DNA of 64,000 nucleotides from NCBI RefSeq assembly GCF_055900595.2, contig NZ_CM148325.1; one strand, 5' to 3'. Shown piece by piece: positions 1 to 11,200 of this stretch (position 1 is its first letter; each line of letters starts with the position of its first letter). The notes under the pieces were generated by a model. It saw only the letters and a program-made list of their open reading frames with translations, ran no database searches and was not told where the DNA came from. The position numbers and the translations under genes were made by a program.

Positions 1-2202
1 TACAGCTAGCGACTCTTCACCAGTAGCCCTGGCAAAGCCAATATTACCCAGTTCTACATCACCATTATTTATCATCTGCGAACCGGAATTCACCAGTACA
101 ACCTGTGATGTGTCACTATTATAATGATCAAATGTATTTATATCTTTTAGGATAAAAGTGGCGTTGCGGCCAAGTTCTAAATGGGCTCGGTTATTCAGTT
201 GAATGATATCGCCTAATCCAAGCGGAAAAACACCACTGATTGTTGAATCCCCATTTAGATACAGAGTAGAGTGCCCATCGATTTTGATAACAGGCGTATC
301 GCCATAACCATTACGTTTTAAAGCAGGTGTGGAGCCATCCTGTAGAGTATTTTCTTCGCCAGCTAAATGGATACCACCATTAATTTCGACGGTATTACCG
401 TCACCCGACACAACCAGACCATTAATATTTTCCTGGCTGCCATCCATTTCATTATAGCTACGAGAAGTGACTTCACTGTCAGCAACAATGGTAAGATTGC
501 CATTTAATACGATATTATTGTCGTGTCCCTGCACCTGAATGCCAACAGAAGGGGTAAAAAAGTCATTTATTGAATGCTCTCCGGCCTGATTTTTATCCAC
601 CAGAATATTACCGGTAATTTCAACTTCATTGCCATCACCGGCTACATTTACCCCTGTCGCAACACTGCCAGTCACATTAAGCTCATTTGTCGCCAGCGTC
701 ATGGCGTTATTATTTCCAGACACATCCAGACCGGTTGAATAATCCCCTACATCCACACGGCCAGCCAGAGAAATCAGACCATCATCTCCAACGACGCGAA
801 TCCCGGTACTGAAATTATTAGCAATGATGTCCCCCACATTGATAAGAGTAGAATGATTACCCTCAATCAGAATCCCTGTCGCATTGGCCTCTGAACTACC
901 ATTACTGACGGAAATATCCCCCCTGTTAATGAACGTCGACGCATCACCACTGAGAGAAACACCCAGCGAATTTTCATCCACGACCGTTATATTGCCTTTA
1001 TTGCTGACGATCGCGCCATTACCCTCAACATCAATACCCCGTGCAGCATTGCTAACGTATAAATCCCCTTCCTGTATAACCGTCGCATTATTACCAACGA
1101 TTTTGCTGCCCGTTGAATTTTGCCCATCAACCGTCATATGTCCTTTATTATCGGTCCTGACATCATTACCGCTAATAACGGCCCCTATTCCGCCGTTATT
1201 GACAGTGGAGTCGCCAGTGTTATTTAAGATTGTACGATCGCCATTGACGATAACCGCCGTGCCAGCATCGACCACCGTCTGACCGTTATTATTGATGGTT
1301 ATATTATCGCCGGTCAGGATACCGACCACCGAATCTTCACCGACAGCCTCTGTTTTACCCTCGTTTGTCAGCGCAATGTTGTTACCATTAATCATCATCA
1401 CCGTGCCGCCATTCAGGGCCGTGTTACCGCCCTGGTCAGTGATAATCGCATCATTAACGGTAATTATTCTGCCCGTTGTTCCATCAGACACGACACTGGC
1501 TAACTGTGTGACGTGGAGTTTACCTTCGTCATCGTAGCGCCATTCCATATCACCTGTGGTACTCACACCACTAAAGATGGCGGTATGAGTCTCTTCATGG
1601 TTTTCCCACTCTGTCACAATGGTTTTTCGGCCATCTTTTGCCGACAGCGTGTAGCTACCATCGACATTCTGTATATAGGTGAACGTTGCCCCGCGAATCT
1701 TCAGGGTTTGCGCGTCCTTGTCCCATGTCACATTGTTATCAAAGACAACGGGTTCTGTTCTCGGTAGGTCAACATCATCACCGCTATTGTCGGGTGGAAT
1801 AACATTACCGCCGTTATCTGGCTTTACAGGTATACCTGAATCTTCATCACTGGGAACGGGTAGCGGTAGAGGGCCATTATCATCTGGCGGTATGGGCTGG
1901 GGAAAAGAAGAGTGAGCAGAATGATCATTGTCATGAGACAATTCAATCACTGCGAGTGTTGCCAGTACCGCCGTGGCACCTAATGCCAGTAACGAGCTGA
2001 AACCATTATTTGTAACAACAGCACATTTTTCTGGCACTGTTTTCAACTTCGTTGACGGTCGGGCGTGCCCTTCTGACTGACATGTCATTTGAGAGCTTCT
2101 GCGCATACTGTCTGCACTCTCGCCTTCTGTTATTTCCGCCCCCCAGCTTTGGCCACTTAACGCTATAGCGATACACGCTGATAATAACGTTTTCTTTTGC
2201 AT
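1..2202 (-). CDS. Large repeat-rich secreted adhesin/autotransporter-like protein, N-terminal part; gene continues past window start. Possibly the intact counterpart of K-12 ydbA.
   Basis: Own translation of minus strand from ATG at 2202..2200 (AAGGA upstream) is open to position 1; not in ORF track because it has no stop in window. Product has N-terminal hydrophobic segments then Gly/Asn/Thr/Val-rich beta-helix-like repeats (e.g. TGDNITINNNGQTVVDAGTAVIVNGD). Plus-strand ORFs 884..1915 are its antisense shadows. Confidence 0.6.
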   Translation of the reverse strand, partial: MQKKTLLSACIAIALSGQSWGAEITEGESADSMRRSSQMTCQSEGHARPSTKLKTVPEKCAVVTNNGFSSLLALGATAVLATLAVIELSHDNDHSAHSSFPQPIPPDDNGPLPLPVPSDEDSGIPVKPDNGGNVIPPDNSGDDVDLPRTEPVVFDNNVTWDKDAQTLKIRGATFTYIQNVDGSYTLSAKDGRKTIVTEWENHEETHTAIFSGVSTTGDMEWRYDDEGKLHVTQLASVVSDGTTGRIITVNDAIITDQGGNTALNGGTVMMINGNNIALTNEGKTEAVGEDSVVGILTGDNITINNNGQTVVDAGTAVIVNGDRTILNNTGDSTVNNGGIGAVISGNDVRTDNKGHMTVDGQNSTGSKIVGNNATVIQEGDLYVSNAARGIDVEGNGAIVSNKGNITVVDENSLGVSLSGDASTFINRGDISVSNGSSEANATGILIEGNHSTLINVGDIIANNFSTGIRVVGDDGLISLAGRVDVGDYSTGLDVSGNNNAMTLATNELNVTGSVATGVNVAGDGNEVEITGNILVDKNQAGEHSINDFFTPSVGIQVQGHDNNIVLNGNLTIVADSEVTSRSYNEMDGSQENINGLVVSGDGNTVEINGGIHLAGEENTLQDGSTPALKRNGYGDTPVIKIDGHSTLYLNGDSTISGVFPLGLGDIIQLNNRAHLELGRNATFILKDINTFDHYNSDTSQVVLVNSGSQMINNGDVELGNIGFARATGEESLAV

Positions 2203-2848
2203 GAGAAATCCTTTTCAATGAATGACATTTCAAATAATAAAATATGAGTAATAGATAAGAAATAGCCACAGGCTGTGTCATGATTTAATGTCTGCTCTTG
2301 AAATTTTATTTAGCAATCCCAGAACATTCAACTTAATTAGTATTTCGAAACCTCAATGTAGACACATAAAAAACAAATTATTCGATTACTTAGGCTATTT
2401 GTTGCATTATTACACATCCTCTAACAATAATCAGACAAAAAGCAATGTCAGCGTCAAATTGGGTAGCTGATTCATATTACTGACCACTCCGGAAATTCAT
2501 TCATCGTGAAAATATTAACATTTCAACCATGTTCCATTTAATCAACCCACTGAAAATCTGGAGGTTATCTACTGCGGTTTGTTGTTGACTGCCCCTGACA
2601 GGTTTACCAGGCGTTGACAGAAGATGAGGCTTGCAAGATGCTAAAAACAATGTGGTGTTACAAGCAATCCCATAAACCTCGTAACTTCACTGAAATGAGC
2701 GATGCCGTCCATATTTGGGTTGACTATAAAAACCCTTAATATTGAGGTTGATGATGATATTCATGATGGCATTGGAAAAATAGGACACCCATAAAATATC
2801 TATACAGCCTTTAAATTAAATCATTGAAATATCGCTGTTGCATAGTGC

Positions 2849-3175
2849 TTATTTTTGCAACCATTTCCCGTTAATTCCCTGCACATATTCCCCCGGTTTG
2901 GCCCGAGCTACAAGCTTTTGCCCGGCGAGTTTCGCGATATCATCTACCGAGACATTATTTTGCTTTGCCAGTTGTTGGTAACTCACTTTACGTGCGGCAT
3001 TAATCTCGGTTACTAATTTCTCTGTTTCAGCATCCGTTTTCAACGCAACCAAATAACCGTTAAATGTTTCACCTACCCGCCCCTGGGTTCTGGCCTCGTC
3101 CAGTGTTAATGCCACTACATTGCTGCTTACCAGTCCAACAAGAAACGCACAAAGAAGTAATGTTTTCTTCATCAT
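2849..3175 (-). CDS. ydbL: YdbL, small periplasmic protein
   Basis: Track ORF 2849..3253 contains MMKKTLLLCAFLVGLVSS signal peptide; start moved to that Met (108 aa). Co-oriented with ynbE and ydbH. Confidence 0.8.
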   Translation of the reverse strand: MMKKTLLLCAFLVGLVSSNVVALTLDEARTQGRVGETFNGYLVALKTDAETEKLVTEINAARKVSYQQLAKQNNVSVDDIAKLAGQKLVARAKPGEYVQGINGKWLQK

Positions 3176-3179
3176 CCCC

Positions 3180-3365
3180 TCAGAAAAGATCGCTACGGGT
3201 TTTGAGTAAATCTTCGACATCTTTGTCTGCCTTAATGATGATCTCATGCTCAATTTTAACGTTCATATTGATAGTGATCGGTTCCTTAGGTGCAGCGACT
3301 TCAATGCGAGGCGTACAGCCAACCAGCATAAAAGATGACGTCAACGCAGCCAGTAAAATTTTCAT
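3180..3365 (-). CDS. ynbE: YnbE lipoprotein
   Basis: 61-aa ORF MKILLAALTSSFMLVGC with lipobox; overlaps ydbH stop by 4 nt. Confidence 0.85.
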   Translation of the reverse strand: MKILLAALTSSFMLVGCTPRIEVAAPKEPITINMNVKIEHEIIIKADKDVEDLLKTRSDLF

Positions 3366-6001
3366 TGTTTTTCCTCACACCCTTTTCCTTGCGGACAGCC
3401 ATTTTCCGGCAGACGCGCGTTCTGCTCCAACCATGCCTGGAGATTATCGCCAAAGCGTAAACTGCGCCACAGGGTAAAAATATTCTCTTCATGATGGTAA
3501 TTAAGGTTTACCGTACCACTTTTACCGTCGACGCGACTGGTACCTGTAATATTGGCCTGCATGGTTAACACACCGAGATTATCTAAATTAATTTTTGTCG
3601 ATGAACGGCTAATTTCCATATAGCGCAACCAGTTAATCGCAGAACCCGCGGTCATATTGTCTTTCACCACCGCATCTGCGGTGTCTTTATCCAGCCGCAA
3701 GGTCATTGGTCCGCTATTTGCCAGCCAGCCGTCTTTAACTATCCATTTTTCATTGTTCAGCCATAAAGGCAATGCCCCACTAAATGCCCCGGACATGGCG
3801 AATTGTTTCGGATTGACGGCGCTAACCAGTTCGCTGGATGAGAGGTTATTCAGCCGCAACAGCGCCGGGTCATGTTGCGGCATGCGTAATTGTTTCATCA
3901 GCACGTTACCGCCTAACACATCGACGCTAACATCGGTCAACAACAATGGTTCGTCTTCACTCCACGGATAACGCCCTTGCAAGTCAGCCGTAATATTTTT
4001 CGCTGTCACCAGATTAATCACTTCGGCAATTCGCAACGTAACGGGGCCGCGAGTCCCCAGATGCCAGGCTCCATCGGCAAAACGGAAAGGCAGGACAAAA
4101 TCGACACCGTTGACCTGATTATCTGGCATCCAGGCACTACCGCCTTTCAACACACCGTGCCCTCCCGCGCGGAATCCTTGTTCAGGCGCAGCAGAAAATG
4201 CGACCTGGGCATATAGTTCGCCATCGCGTAAGTTCATCTTCCAGTCGGGTGGCACCAGCGGCTGGAATACGGTCAGTGATTGTTTAGGCCACCAGGCGTT
4301 ACCGCGCAGACGAATACCGTCCCAGCGACCATTTACCCGAACCGGGCCAATCTCACCAGCATGTAAATCGCCTTTAAAGAGGAAATACGTCGGATCGCGT
4401 CCATCGACGCTAAATTTTAAGGTTGATGGCGGTAACACACTGCCGCCAGTGAACAGCGTTTGCCCGGCGTCCAGTGACAGCGCGCCGCTAAAGGAGGGAT
4501 GCTGTGCGTCACGTACCCAGACGACGGGCTTGTCGAGAATCAATCGCGGCTTTTCTACCGTCATTGTCCCGTATTGCAATTTGTCAAAGCCGGTGGAGAG
4601 ATCGGTCAGCGTAATCGTGCTGTCACGCCACTCACCTTTTCCTGCGACATCCCAACTGGCGTGCATTGGGGTAAAACTGCCCTTGCCCCAGTAGCGCCAC
4701 TGCCAGCGGCCAGCGTCAGGGAGAAAATCATCCGCCAGTCCATCCATATGCAGCACGAAATCGCCCAGTTCATTTTCATGCGCCTGCAAAATGGCCTGCA
4801 AACGTCCGTCAACACCACGTTGAGTGACTTTTACACCCGCTAAAGGCCAGCGGATTTCATCGATGTCCAGCGAATCGATGACTCTTCCCTTCGAACGTAA
4901 TAACGCGCCTGGCTCAAAGGCCAGCGTTGGGTCAGTCAGACTTCCGCTTAGCTGCGCAGGTAAACGGGCATATAAAATGAGGTCCGCCTGTTTCGCTTCA
5001 CCGGTCAGTTGCATAGGCAGCTGGCTGTTATCCATGCTAAATTTTCCTGGGCCAAAATTAAGCACCGCGTTGCCCTTACCCGCTTGCCCCTGGGTCAGCA
5101 CACTCAGTCGTCCGCTGACCAGAGCATTCTCAAGCCCTGCCTGCCAGTTGTCGACTTTGACACCCAGTCGTCCACTCAAAGGAAAACCTGCATACGGCCA
5201 GCTCCAGCGACCATCGCTTACGGTCAATTGTTGGCGAGTAATTTGCCACGGCAGATCGAGCAACGGATCGCCGTTATCCCGTGCCAGCACAATCAATTGC
5301 CCGCTATTTTCCTGCCAGTCCAGCTCGGCATCCACCAGTGAAGGCTCCTGCGGCAAGTTTAACGTCGCAGTAGCATGACCCCTTACAGGAAGTCCATCCG
5401 GCACTAGCGGCATAGTAAATTCCCCCACCAGTTTAACCGGCGGCTGATTTTCAAACGCAGCGACATCCAGTTCGCTGACTGTAAGTTGTTGCCCTTTCAG
5501 CTGGCCTTGAAATTTAACTTTTTCGCCCTGATAACGCAGTTGCTGGATATCGGAGTTTAATGCGAGAGAGAGTTTTCCCTGCCATTCCTGCCAGGGAGAA
5601 AAAATCAGTTTATCGATATTGATCCAGGTGTTAGGCAACATGGCCTGCCACTGCGCGAGGGTTTTTGGAGCGGCTGGCGATTGCTCCGTCTGCGGCAATT
5701 TCGCCAGACAAGCAGAATCAAGTTCTACCGTGCCGACGTTCAATAACCAGCGGCTGGGATGAGAAAGGCTGGCGTTTGTGATATGTGCAAGCTGACAATC
5801 TCCTACCAGATAACGGAGATCGGGAATGATTAAACCTTTACGCGTAATGCGTGGGCTTTCATCTAAAGCAATACGTGTGCCGAGCGGTAGCCAGATGCCC
5901 GCCAGCGTGGGAACCCACAACCCGAGCGTCATCAGTAGCGTCAACGGCACAAGAATAATCAGTAATAACAGCGCGAGAACGGCTTTATATTTACCCAACA
6001 T
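3362..6001 (-). CDS. ydbH: YdbH, AsmA-like envelope protein
   Basis: 879-aa ORF with N-terminal membrane anchor (MLGKYKAVLALLLLIILVPLTLLM); length and context ydbH-ynbE-ydbL match recollection. Confidence 0.9.
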   Translation of the reverse strand: MLGKYKAVLALLLLIILVPLTLLMTLGLWVPTLAGIWLPLGTRIALDESPRITRKGLIIPDLRYLVGDCQLAHITNASLSHPSRWLLNVGTVELDSACLAKLPQTEQSPAAPKTLAQWQAMLPNTWINIDKLIFSPWQEWQGKLSLALNSDIQQLRYQGEKVKFQGQLKGQQLTVSELDVAAFENQPPVKLVGEFTMPLVPDGLPVRGHATATLNLPQEPSLVDAELDWQENSGQLIVLARDNGDPLLDLPWQITRQQLTVSDGRWSWPYAGFPLSGRLGVKVDNWQAGLENALVSGRLSVLTQGQAGKGNAVLNFGPGKFSMDNSQLPMQLTGEAKQADLILYARLPAQLSGSLTDPTLAFEPGALLRSKGRVIDSLDIDEIRWPLAGVKVTQRGVDGRLQAILQAHENELGDFVLHMDGLADDFLPDAGRWQWRYWGKGSFTPMHASWDVAGKGEWRDSTITLTDLSTGFDKLQYGTMTVEKPRLILDKPVVWVRDAQHPSFSGALSLDAGQTLFTGGSVLPPSTLKFSVDGRDPTYFLFKGDLHAGEIGPVRVNGRWDGIRLRGNAWWPKQSLTVFQPLVPPDWKMNLRDGELYAQVAFSAAPEQGFRAGGHGVLKGGSAWMPDNQVNGVDFVLPFRFADGAWHLGTRGPVTLRIAEVINLVTAKNITADLQGRYPWSEDEPLLLTDVSVDVLGGNVLMKQLRMPQHDPALLRLNNLSSSELVSAVNPKQFAMSGAFSGALPLWLNNEKWIVKDGWLANSGPMTLRLDKDTADAVVKDNMTAGSAINWLRYMEISRSSTKINLDNLGVLTMQANITGTSRVDGKSGTVNLNYHHEENIFTLWRSLRFGDNLQAWLEQNARLPENGCPQGKGCEEKQ

Positions 6002-6208
6002 GGGTAGTTAATATCCTGATTTAGCGAAAAATTAAGCATTCAATACGGGTATTGTGGCATGTTTAACCGTTCAGTTGAAGGTTGCGCCTACACTAAGCAT
6101 AGTTGTTGATGAATTTTTCAATATCGCCATAGCTTTCAATTATATTTGAAATTTTGTAAAATATTTTTAGTAGCTTAAATGTGATTCAACATCACTGGAG
6201 AAAGTCTT

Positions 6209-7198
6209 ATGAAACTCGCCGTTTATAGCACAAAACAGTACGACAAGAAGTACCTGCAACAGGTGAACGAGTCCTTTGGCTTTGAGCTGGAATTTTTTGA
6301 CTTTCTGCTGACGGAAAAAACCGCTAAAACGGCCAATGGCTGCGAAGCGGTATGTATTTTCGTAAACGATGACGGCAGCCGCCCGGTGCTGGAAGAACTG
6401 AAAAAGCACGGCGTTAAATATATCGCCCTGCGCTGTGCCGGTTTCAATAACGTCGACCTTGACGCAGCAAAAGAACTGGGGCTGAAAGTAGTCCGTGTTC
6501 CAGCCTATGATCCAGAAGCCGTTGCTGAACACGCCATCGGTATGATGATGACGCTGAACCGCCGTATCCATCGCGCATATCAGCGTACGCGTGACGCCAA
6601 CTTCTCTCTGGAAGGTCTGACCGGCTTTACCATGTATGGCAAAACGGCAGGCGTTATCGGTACTGGTAAAATCGGTGTGGCGATGCTGCGCATTCTCAAA
6701 GGTTTTGGTATGCGTCTGCTGGCGTTCGATCCGTATCCAAGTGCGGCGGCGCTGGAACTCGGTGTGGAGTATGTCGATCTGCCAACCCTGTTCTCTGAAT
6801 CAGACGTTATCTCTCTGCACTGCCCGCTGACACCGGAAAACTACCATCTGTTGAACGAAGCCGCCTTCGATCAGATGAAAAATGGCGTGATGATCGTCAA
6901 TACCAGTCGCGGTGCATTGATTGATTCTCAGGCGGCAATTGAAGCGCTGAAAAATCAGAAAATTGGTTCGTTGGGTATGGACGTGTATGAAAACGAACGC
7001 GATCTGTTCTTTGAAGATAAATCCAACGACGTAATCCAGGATGACGTATTCCGTCGACTGTCTGCCTGCCACAACGTGCTGTTTACCGGGCACCAGGCAT
7101 TCCTGACAGCAGAAGCTCTGACCAGTATTTCCCAAACTACCCTGCAAAACTTAAGCAATCTGGAAAAAGGCGAAACCTGCCCGAACGAACTGGTTTAA
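6209..7198 (+). CDS. ldhA: D-lactate dehydrogenase (NAD-dependent, fermentative)
   Basis: 329-aa ORF MKLAVYSTKQYDKKYLQQVNE..., 2-hydroxyacid dehydrogenase family with GxGxxG (GVIGTGKIG). Confidence 0.95.
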   Translation: MKLAVYSTKQYDKKYLQQVNESFGFELEFFDFLLTEKTAKTANGCEAVCIFVNDDGSRPVLEELKKHGVKYIALRCAGFNNVDLDAAKELGLKVVRVPAYDPEAVAEHAIGMMMTLNRRIHRAYQRTRDANFSLEGLTGFTMYGKTAGVIGTGKIGVAMLRILKGFGMRLLAFDPYPSAAALELGVEYVDLPTLFSESDVISLHCPLTPENYHLLNEAAFDQMKNGVMIVNTSRGALIDSQAAIEALKNQKIGSLGMDVYENERDLFFEDKSNDVIQDDVFRRLSACHNVLFTGHQAFLTAEALTSISQTTLQNLSNLEKGETCPNELV

Positions 7199-7205
7199 TC
7201 TTGCC

Positions 7206-7233
7206 GCTCCCCTGTACGCCAGGGGAGCTTATT
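7206..7233 (+). terminator. Putative intrinsic terminator after ldhA
   Basis: Hairpin GCTCCCCTG-tacgc-CAGGGGAGC followed by TTATT. Confidence 0.45.
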
Positions 7234-7308
7234 CAGATAATCCCCAAAGATATTTCATCCTCTATTCTTAAAATATTCCTCAGTCAGAAACCGTAATTGA
7301 GAACCACA

Positions 7309-7731
7309 ATGAAGAAAGTAGCCGCGCTTGTTGCGCTAAGCCTGCTGATGGCGGGATGTGTAAGTAATGACAAAATTGCTGTAACCCCAGAACAGCTACA
7401 GCATCATCGCTTTGTGCTGGAAAGCGTAAACGGTAAGCCCGTGACCAGCGATAAAAACCCGCCAGAAATCAGCTTTGGTGAAAAGATGATGATTTCCGGC
7501 AGCATGTGTAACCGCTTTAGCGGTGAAGGCAAACTGTCTAATGGTGAACTGACAGCCAAAGGGCTGGCAATGACCCGTATGATGTGCGCTAACCCGCAGC
7601 TTAATGAACTCGATAACACCATTAGCGAAATGCTGAAAGAAGGTGCACAAGTGGATCTGACCGCGAACCAGTTAACGCTGGCGACCGCGAAACAGACATT
7701 AACTTATAAGCTGGCGGATTTAATGAATTAA
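7309..7731 (+). CDS. hslJ: Heat-shock lipoprotein HslJ
   Basis: Track ORF 7297..7731; start moved to MKKVAALVALSLLMAGC (140 aa). Confidence 0.9.
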   Translation: MKKVAALVALSLLMAGCVSNDKIAVTPEQLQHHRFVLESVNGKPVTSDKNPPEISFGEKMMISGSMCNRFSGEGKLSNGELTAKGLAMTRMMCANPQLNELDNTISEMLKEGAQVDLTANQLTLATAKQTLTYKLADLMN

Positions 7732-7994
7732 TAGCTGCCACAGCTCCCGGCGGCAAGTGACTGTTCGCTACAGCGTTTGCCGTTGGGTAATGCACACATC
7801 CCAATCGCCGTACCATCCAGTTGACGGGCAACAGAAAGCGAACCGCCGATCATTGCACAATTTGCTTCTCCACTACTGGACATCGACGCTTTTAAACCTG
7901 GCGCTACGTGCGCCGCAGTCGCCTGCTGAACAGGTTCACTACTACACGCCGACAATAATAAAGCGGCACACCCTACCCAAAACGCTGCTCGCAT
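7728..7994 (-). CDS. ydbJ: YdbJ, small lipoprotein (DUF333-like)
   Basis: 88-aa ORF with lipobox LLLSAC; convergent with hslJ, overlapping by 4 nt. Confidence 0.8.
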   Translation of the reverse strand: MRAAFWVGCAALLLSACSSEPVQQATAAHVAPGLKASMSSSGEANCAMIGGSLSVARQLDGTAIGMCALPNGKRCSEQSLAAGSCGSY

Positions 7995-8267
7995 CTTTTC
8001 TTCCTCTGATCTTCAAGCCAAACGACACCGCCATAAATAATAGGCAGCACAGAGGGCGGCGTCGAGAGCTGTCCTGCGCGTTGCCCCGCATTTTTACTTT
8101 TTTATGGCTATTTTTTTGCCCTCTGTTTGATCAAAACATTCATTACGCTGATGTGGGGGACACAAAAGCGAAAATGCAGAAGAAAGCCATTTGCTAAAAT
8201 TGAAAGATAACTACTGGGCGCGCAGCAATTTCGTGCGCCCCTCATTTGCGCAATGTAAGGGTGTCAT

Positions 8268-11200
8268 ATGATTACTATTGACGGTAATGGCGCGGTTGCT
8301 TCGGTGGCGTTTCGCACCAGTGAAGTTATCGCCATCTACCCTATTACCCCCAGTTCCACGATGGCAGAACAGGCTGATGCATGGGCCGGAAACGGCTTGA
8401 AAAACGTTTGGGGAGACACACCACGCGTGGTTGAAATGCAGTCGGAAGCGGGTGCTATCGCTACCGTGCATGGTGCTTTGCAAACTGGCGCCCTCTCAAC
8501 ATCGTTTACGTCATCGCAGGGTTTGCTGCTGATGATCCCAACGCTGTACAAACTGGCAGGCGAACTGACGCCGTTTGTCCTGCATGTTGCGGCTCGTACC
8601 GTTGCCACACATGCACTCTCTATTTTTGGCGATCATTCCGACGTCATGGCAGTGCGCCAGACGGGTTGCGCGATGTTGTGTGCAGCAAACGTCCAGGAGG
8701 CGCAAGACTTTGCTCTCATTTCGCACATTGCGACGCTGAAAAGTCGCGTGCCATTTATTCATTTCTTTGATGGTTTCCGCACCTCCCACGAGATCAATAA
8801 AATTGTCCCGCTGGCCGATGACACTATTCTTGAACTGATGCCGCAGGCAGAAATTGATGCTCATCGCGCCCGTGCACTCAACCCGGAACATCCGGTGATC
8901 CGCGGTACGTCCGCCAATCCTGACACTTATTTCCAGTCTCGCGAAGCCACCAACCCATGGTACAACGCAGTCTATGACCATGTTGAACAGGCGATGAATG
9001 ATTTCGCTGCCGCGACAGGTCGCCAGTATCAGCCGTTTGAGTATTACGGGCATCCACAAGCGGAACGGGTGATTATCCTGATGGGCTCTGCCATTGGCAC
9101 CTGTGAAGAAGTGGTTGATGAATTGCTAACCCGTGGCGAAAAAGTCGGCGTGCTGAAAGTTCGCCTGTACCGTCCCTTCTCCGCCAAACACTTACTGCAA
9201 GCGTTGCCGGACTCTGTTCGGACAGTGGCGGTGCTGGATCGCACCAAAGAGCCAGGTGCGCAAGCGGAACCCCTGTACCTGGATGTGATGACCGCACTGG
9301 CAGAAGCCTTTAATAATGGCGAGCGTGAAACCCTGCCCCGTGTCATTGGTGGGCGCTATGGTCTTTCATCCAAAGAATTTGGCCCGGACTGTGTACTGGC
9401 GGTATTTGCCGAGCTCAACGCAGCTAAACCGAAAGCGCGCTTTACGGTTGGTATTTACGATGATGTGACCAATCTGTCACTGCCGTTGCCGGAAAACACC
9501 CTGCCAAATTCGGCGAAACTGGAAGCCTTGTTTTATGGCCTTGGTAGTGATGGCAGCGTTTCCGCGACCAAAAACAATATCAAGATTATCGGTAATTCCA
9601 CGCCGTGGTACGCACAGGGCTATTTTGTTTACGACTCCAAAAAGGCGGGCGGCCTGACGGTTTCTCACCTTCGCGTGAGCGAGCAGCCGATTCGTTCCGC
9701 TTATCTCATTTCCCAGGCTGATTTTGTTGGCTGCCACCAGTTGCAGTTTATCGATAAATATCAGATGGCTGAACGTTTGAAACCTGGCGGCATTTTCCTG
9801 CTCAACACGCCGTACAGCGCAGATGAAGTATGGTCGCGCTTGCCGCAGGAAGTTCAGGCCGTGTTAAACCAGAAAAAAGCGCGCTTCTATGTGATTAACG
9901 CGGCGAAAATCGCCCGTGAATGTGGCCTGGCGGCCCGAATTAATACCGTCATGCAGATGGCTTTTTTCCATCTGACGCAAATTCTGCCTGGCGACAGCGC
10001 CCTGGCCGAATTGCAGGGCGCGATTGCCAAAAGCTACAGCAGCAAAGGCCAGGATCTGGTGGAACGCAACTGGCAGGCTCTGGCACTGGCGCGTGAATCC
10101 GTAGAAGAAGTTCCGCTGCAGCCGGTTAATCCGCACAGCGCCAATCGACCGCCTGTGGTTTCCGATGCTGCTCCTGATTTCGTGAAAACCGTAACCGCGG
10201 CGATGCTCGCCGGGCTTGGTGATGCCCTCCCCGTTTCGGCGCTGCCGCCAGACGGCACCTGGCCGATGGGCACCACGCGCTGGGAAAAACGCAATATTGC
10301 CGAAGAGATCCCCATCTGGAAAGAGGAACTCTGTACCCAATGTAACCACTGCGTTGCCGCTTGCCCACACTCAGCTATTCGCGCCAAAGTGGTGCCGCCT
10401 GAAGCAATGGAAAATGCCCCTGCCAGCCTGCATTCGCTGGATGTAAAATCGCGTGATATGCGCGGGCAGAAATATGTCTTGCAGGTAGCTCCGGAAGATT
10501 GCACCGGCTGTAACCTGTGCGTCGAAGTTTGCCCGGCGAAAGACCGTCAGGATCCAGAGATTAAAGCCATCAATATGATGTCGCGCCTGGAACATGTCGA
10601 GGAAGAGAAAATCAATTACGACTTCTTCCTGAATTTACCAGAAATCGATCGCAGCAAACTGGAACGTATTGATATTCGTACATCGCAACTGATTACACCG
10701 CTGTTTGAATATTCAGGTGCTTGCTCTGGTTGTGGCGAGACGCCGTATATTAAATTGCTGACTCAGCTCTATGGCGATCGGATGTTGATCGCTAACGCTA
10801 CGGGTTGTTCTTCAATTTATGGTGGTAACCTGCCCTCCACACCATATACCACTGATGCCAACGGTCGTGGACCGGCATGGGCGAACTCGCTGTTTGAAGA
10901 TAACGCCGAATTTGGCCTTGGTTTCCGCCTGACGGTCGATCAACACCGTGTCCGCGTGCTGCGTCTGCTGGATCAATTTGCCGATAAAATCCCGGCGGAA
11001 TTACTGACTGCGTTGAAATCAGACGCCACGCCAGAGGTTCGTCGTGAACAGGTTGCAGCTTTACGTCAGCAACTCAACGATGTTGCCGAAGCACATGAAC
11101 TGCTACGTGATGCAGATGCACTGGTGGAAAAATCAATCTGGCTGATTGGTGGCGATGGCTGGGCTTACGATATTGGCTTTGGCGGTCTGGATCATGTATT

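Noticed and set aside
884-1915. Plus-strand ORFs (132, 81, 84, 78 aa) with Ser/Thr/Pro/Leu-rich low-complexity translations
   Set aside because: They lie antisense to the long minus-strand adhesin-like frame and look like shadow ORFs of its repetitive coding sequence; no RBS support.
2006-2281. 91-aa minus-strand track ORF overlapping the 5' end of the adhesin gene
   Set aside because: It is in a different frame from the long open frame, its translation is not protein-like, and the ATG at 2202 with AAGGA upstream explains the region better.
2560-2740. Possible 33-codon plus-strand ORF (MLKTMWCYKQSHKPRNFTEMSDAVHIWVDYKNP) in the AT-rich region upstream of the adhesin gene
   Set aside because: Weak RBS, short, in an AT-rich promoter region where chance ORFs are common; no supporting signal.
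8200-8267. Hairpin (GGGCGCGCA...TGCGCCC) immediately upstream of the pfo start codon
   Set aside because: Could be a 5'-UTR structure, but there is no T-run and no recognisable motif; function cannot be inferred from sequence alone.
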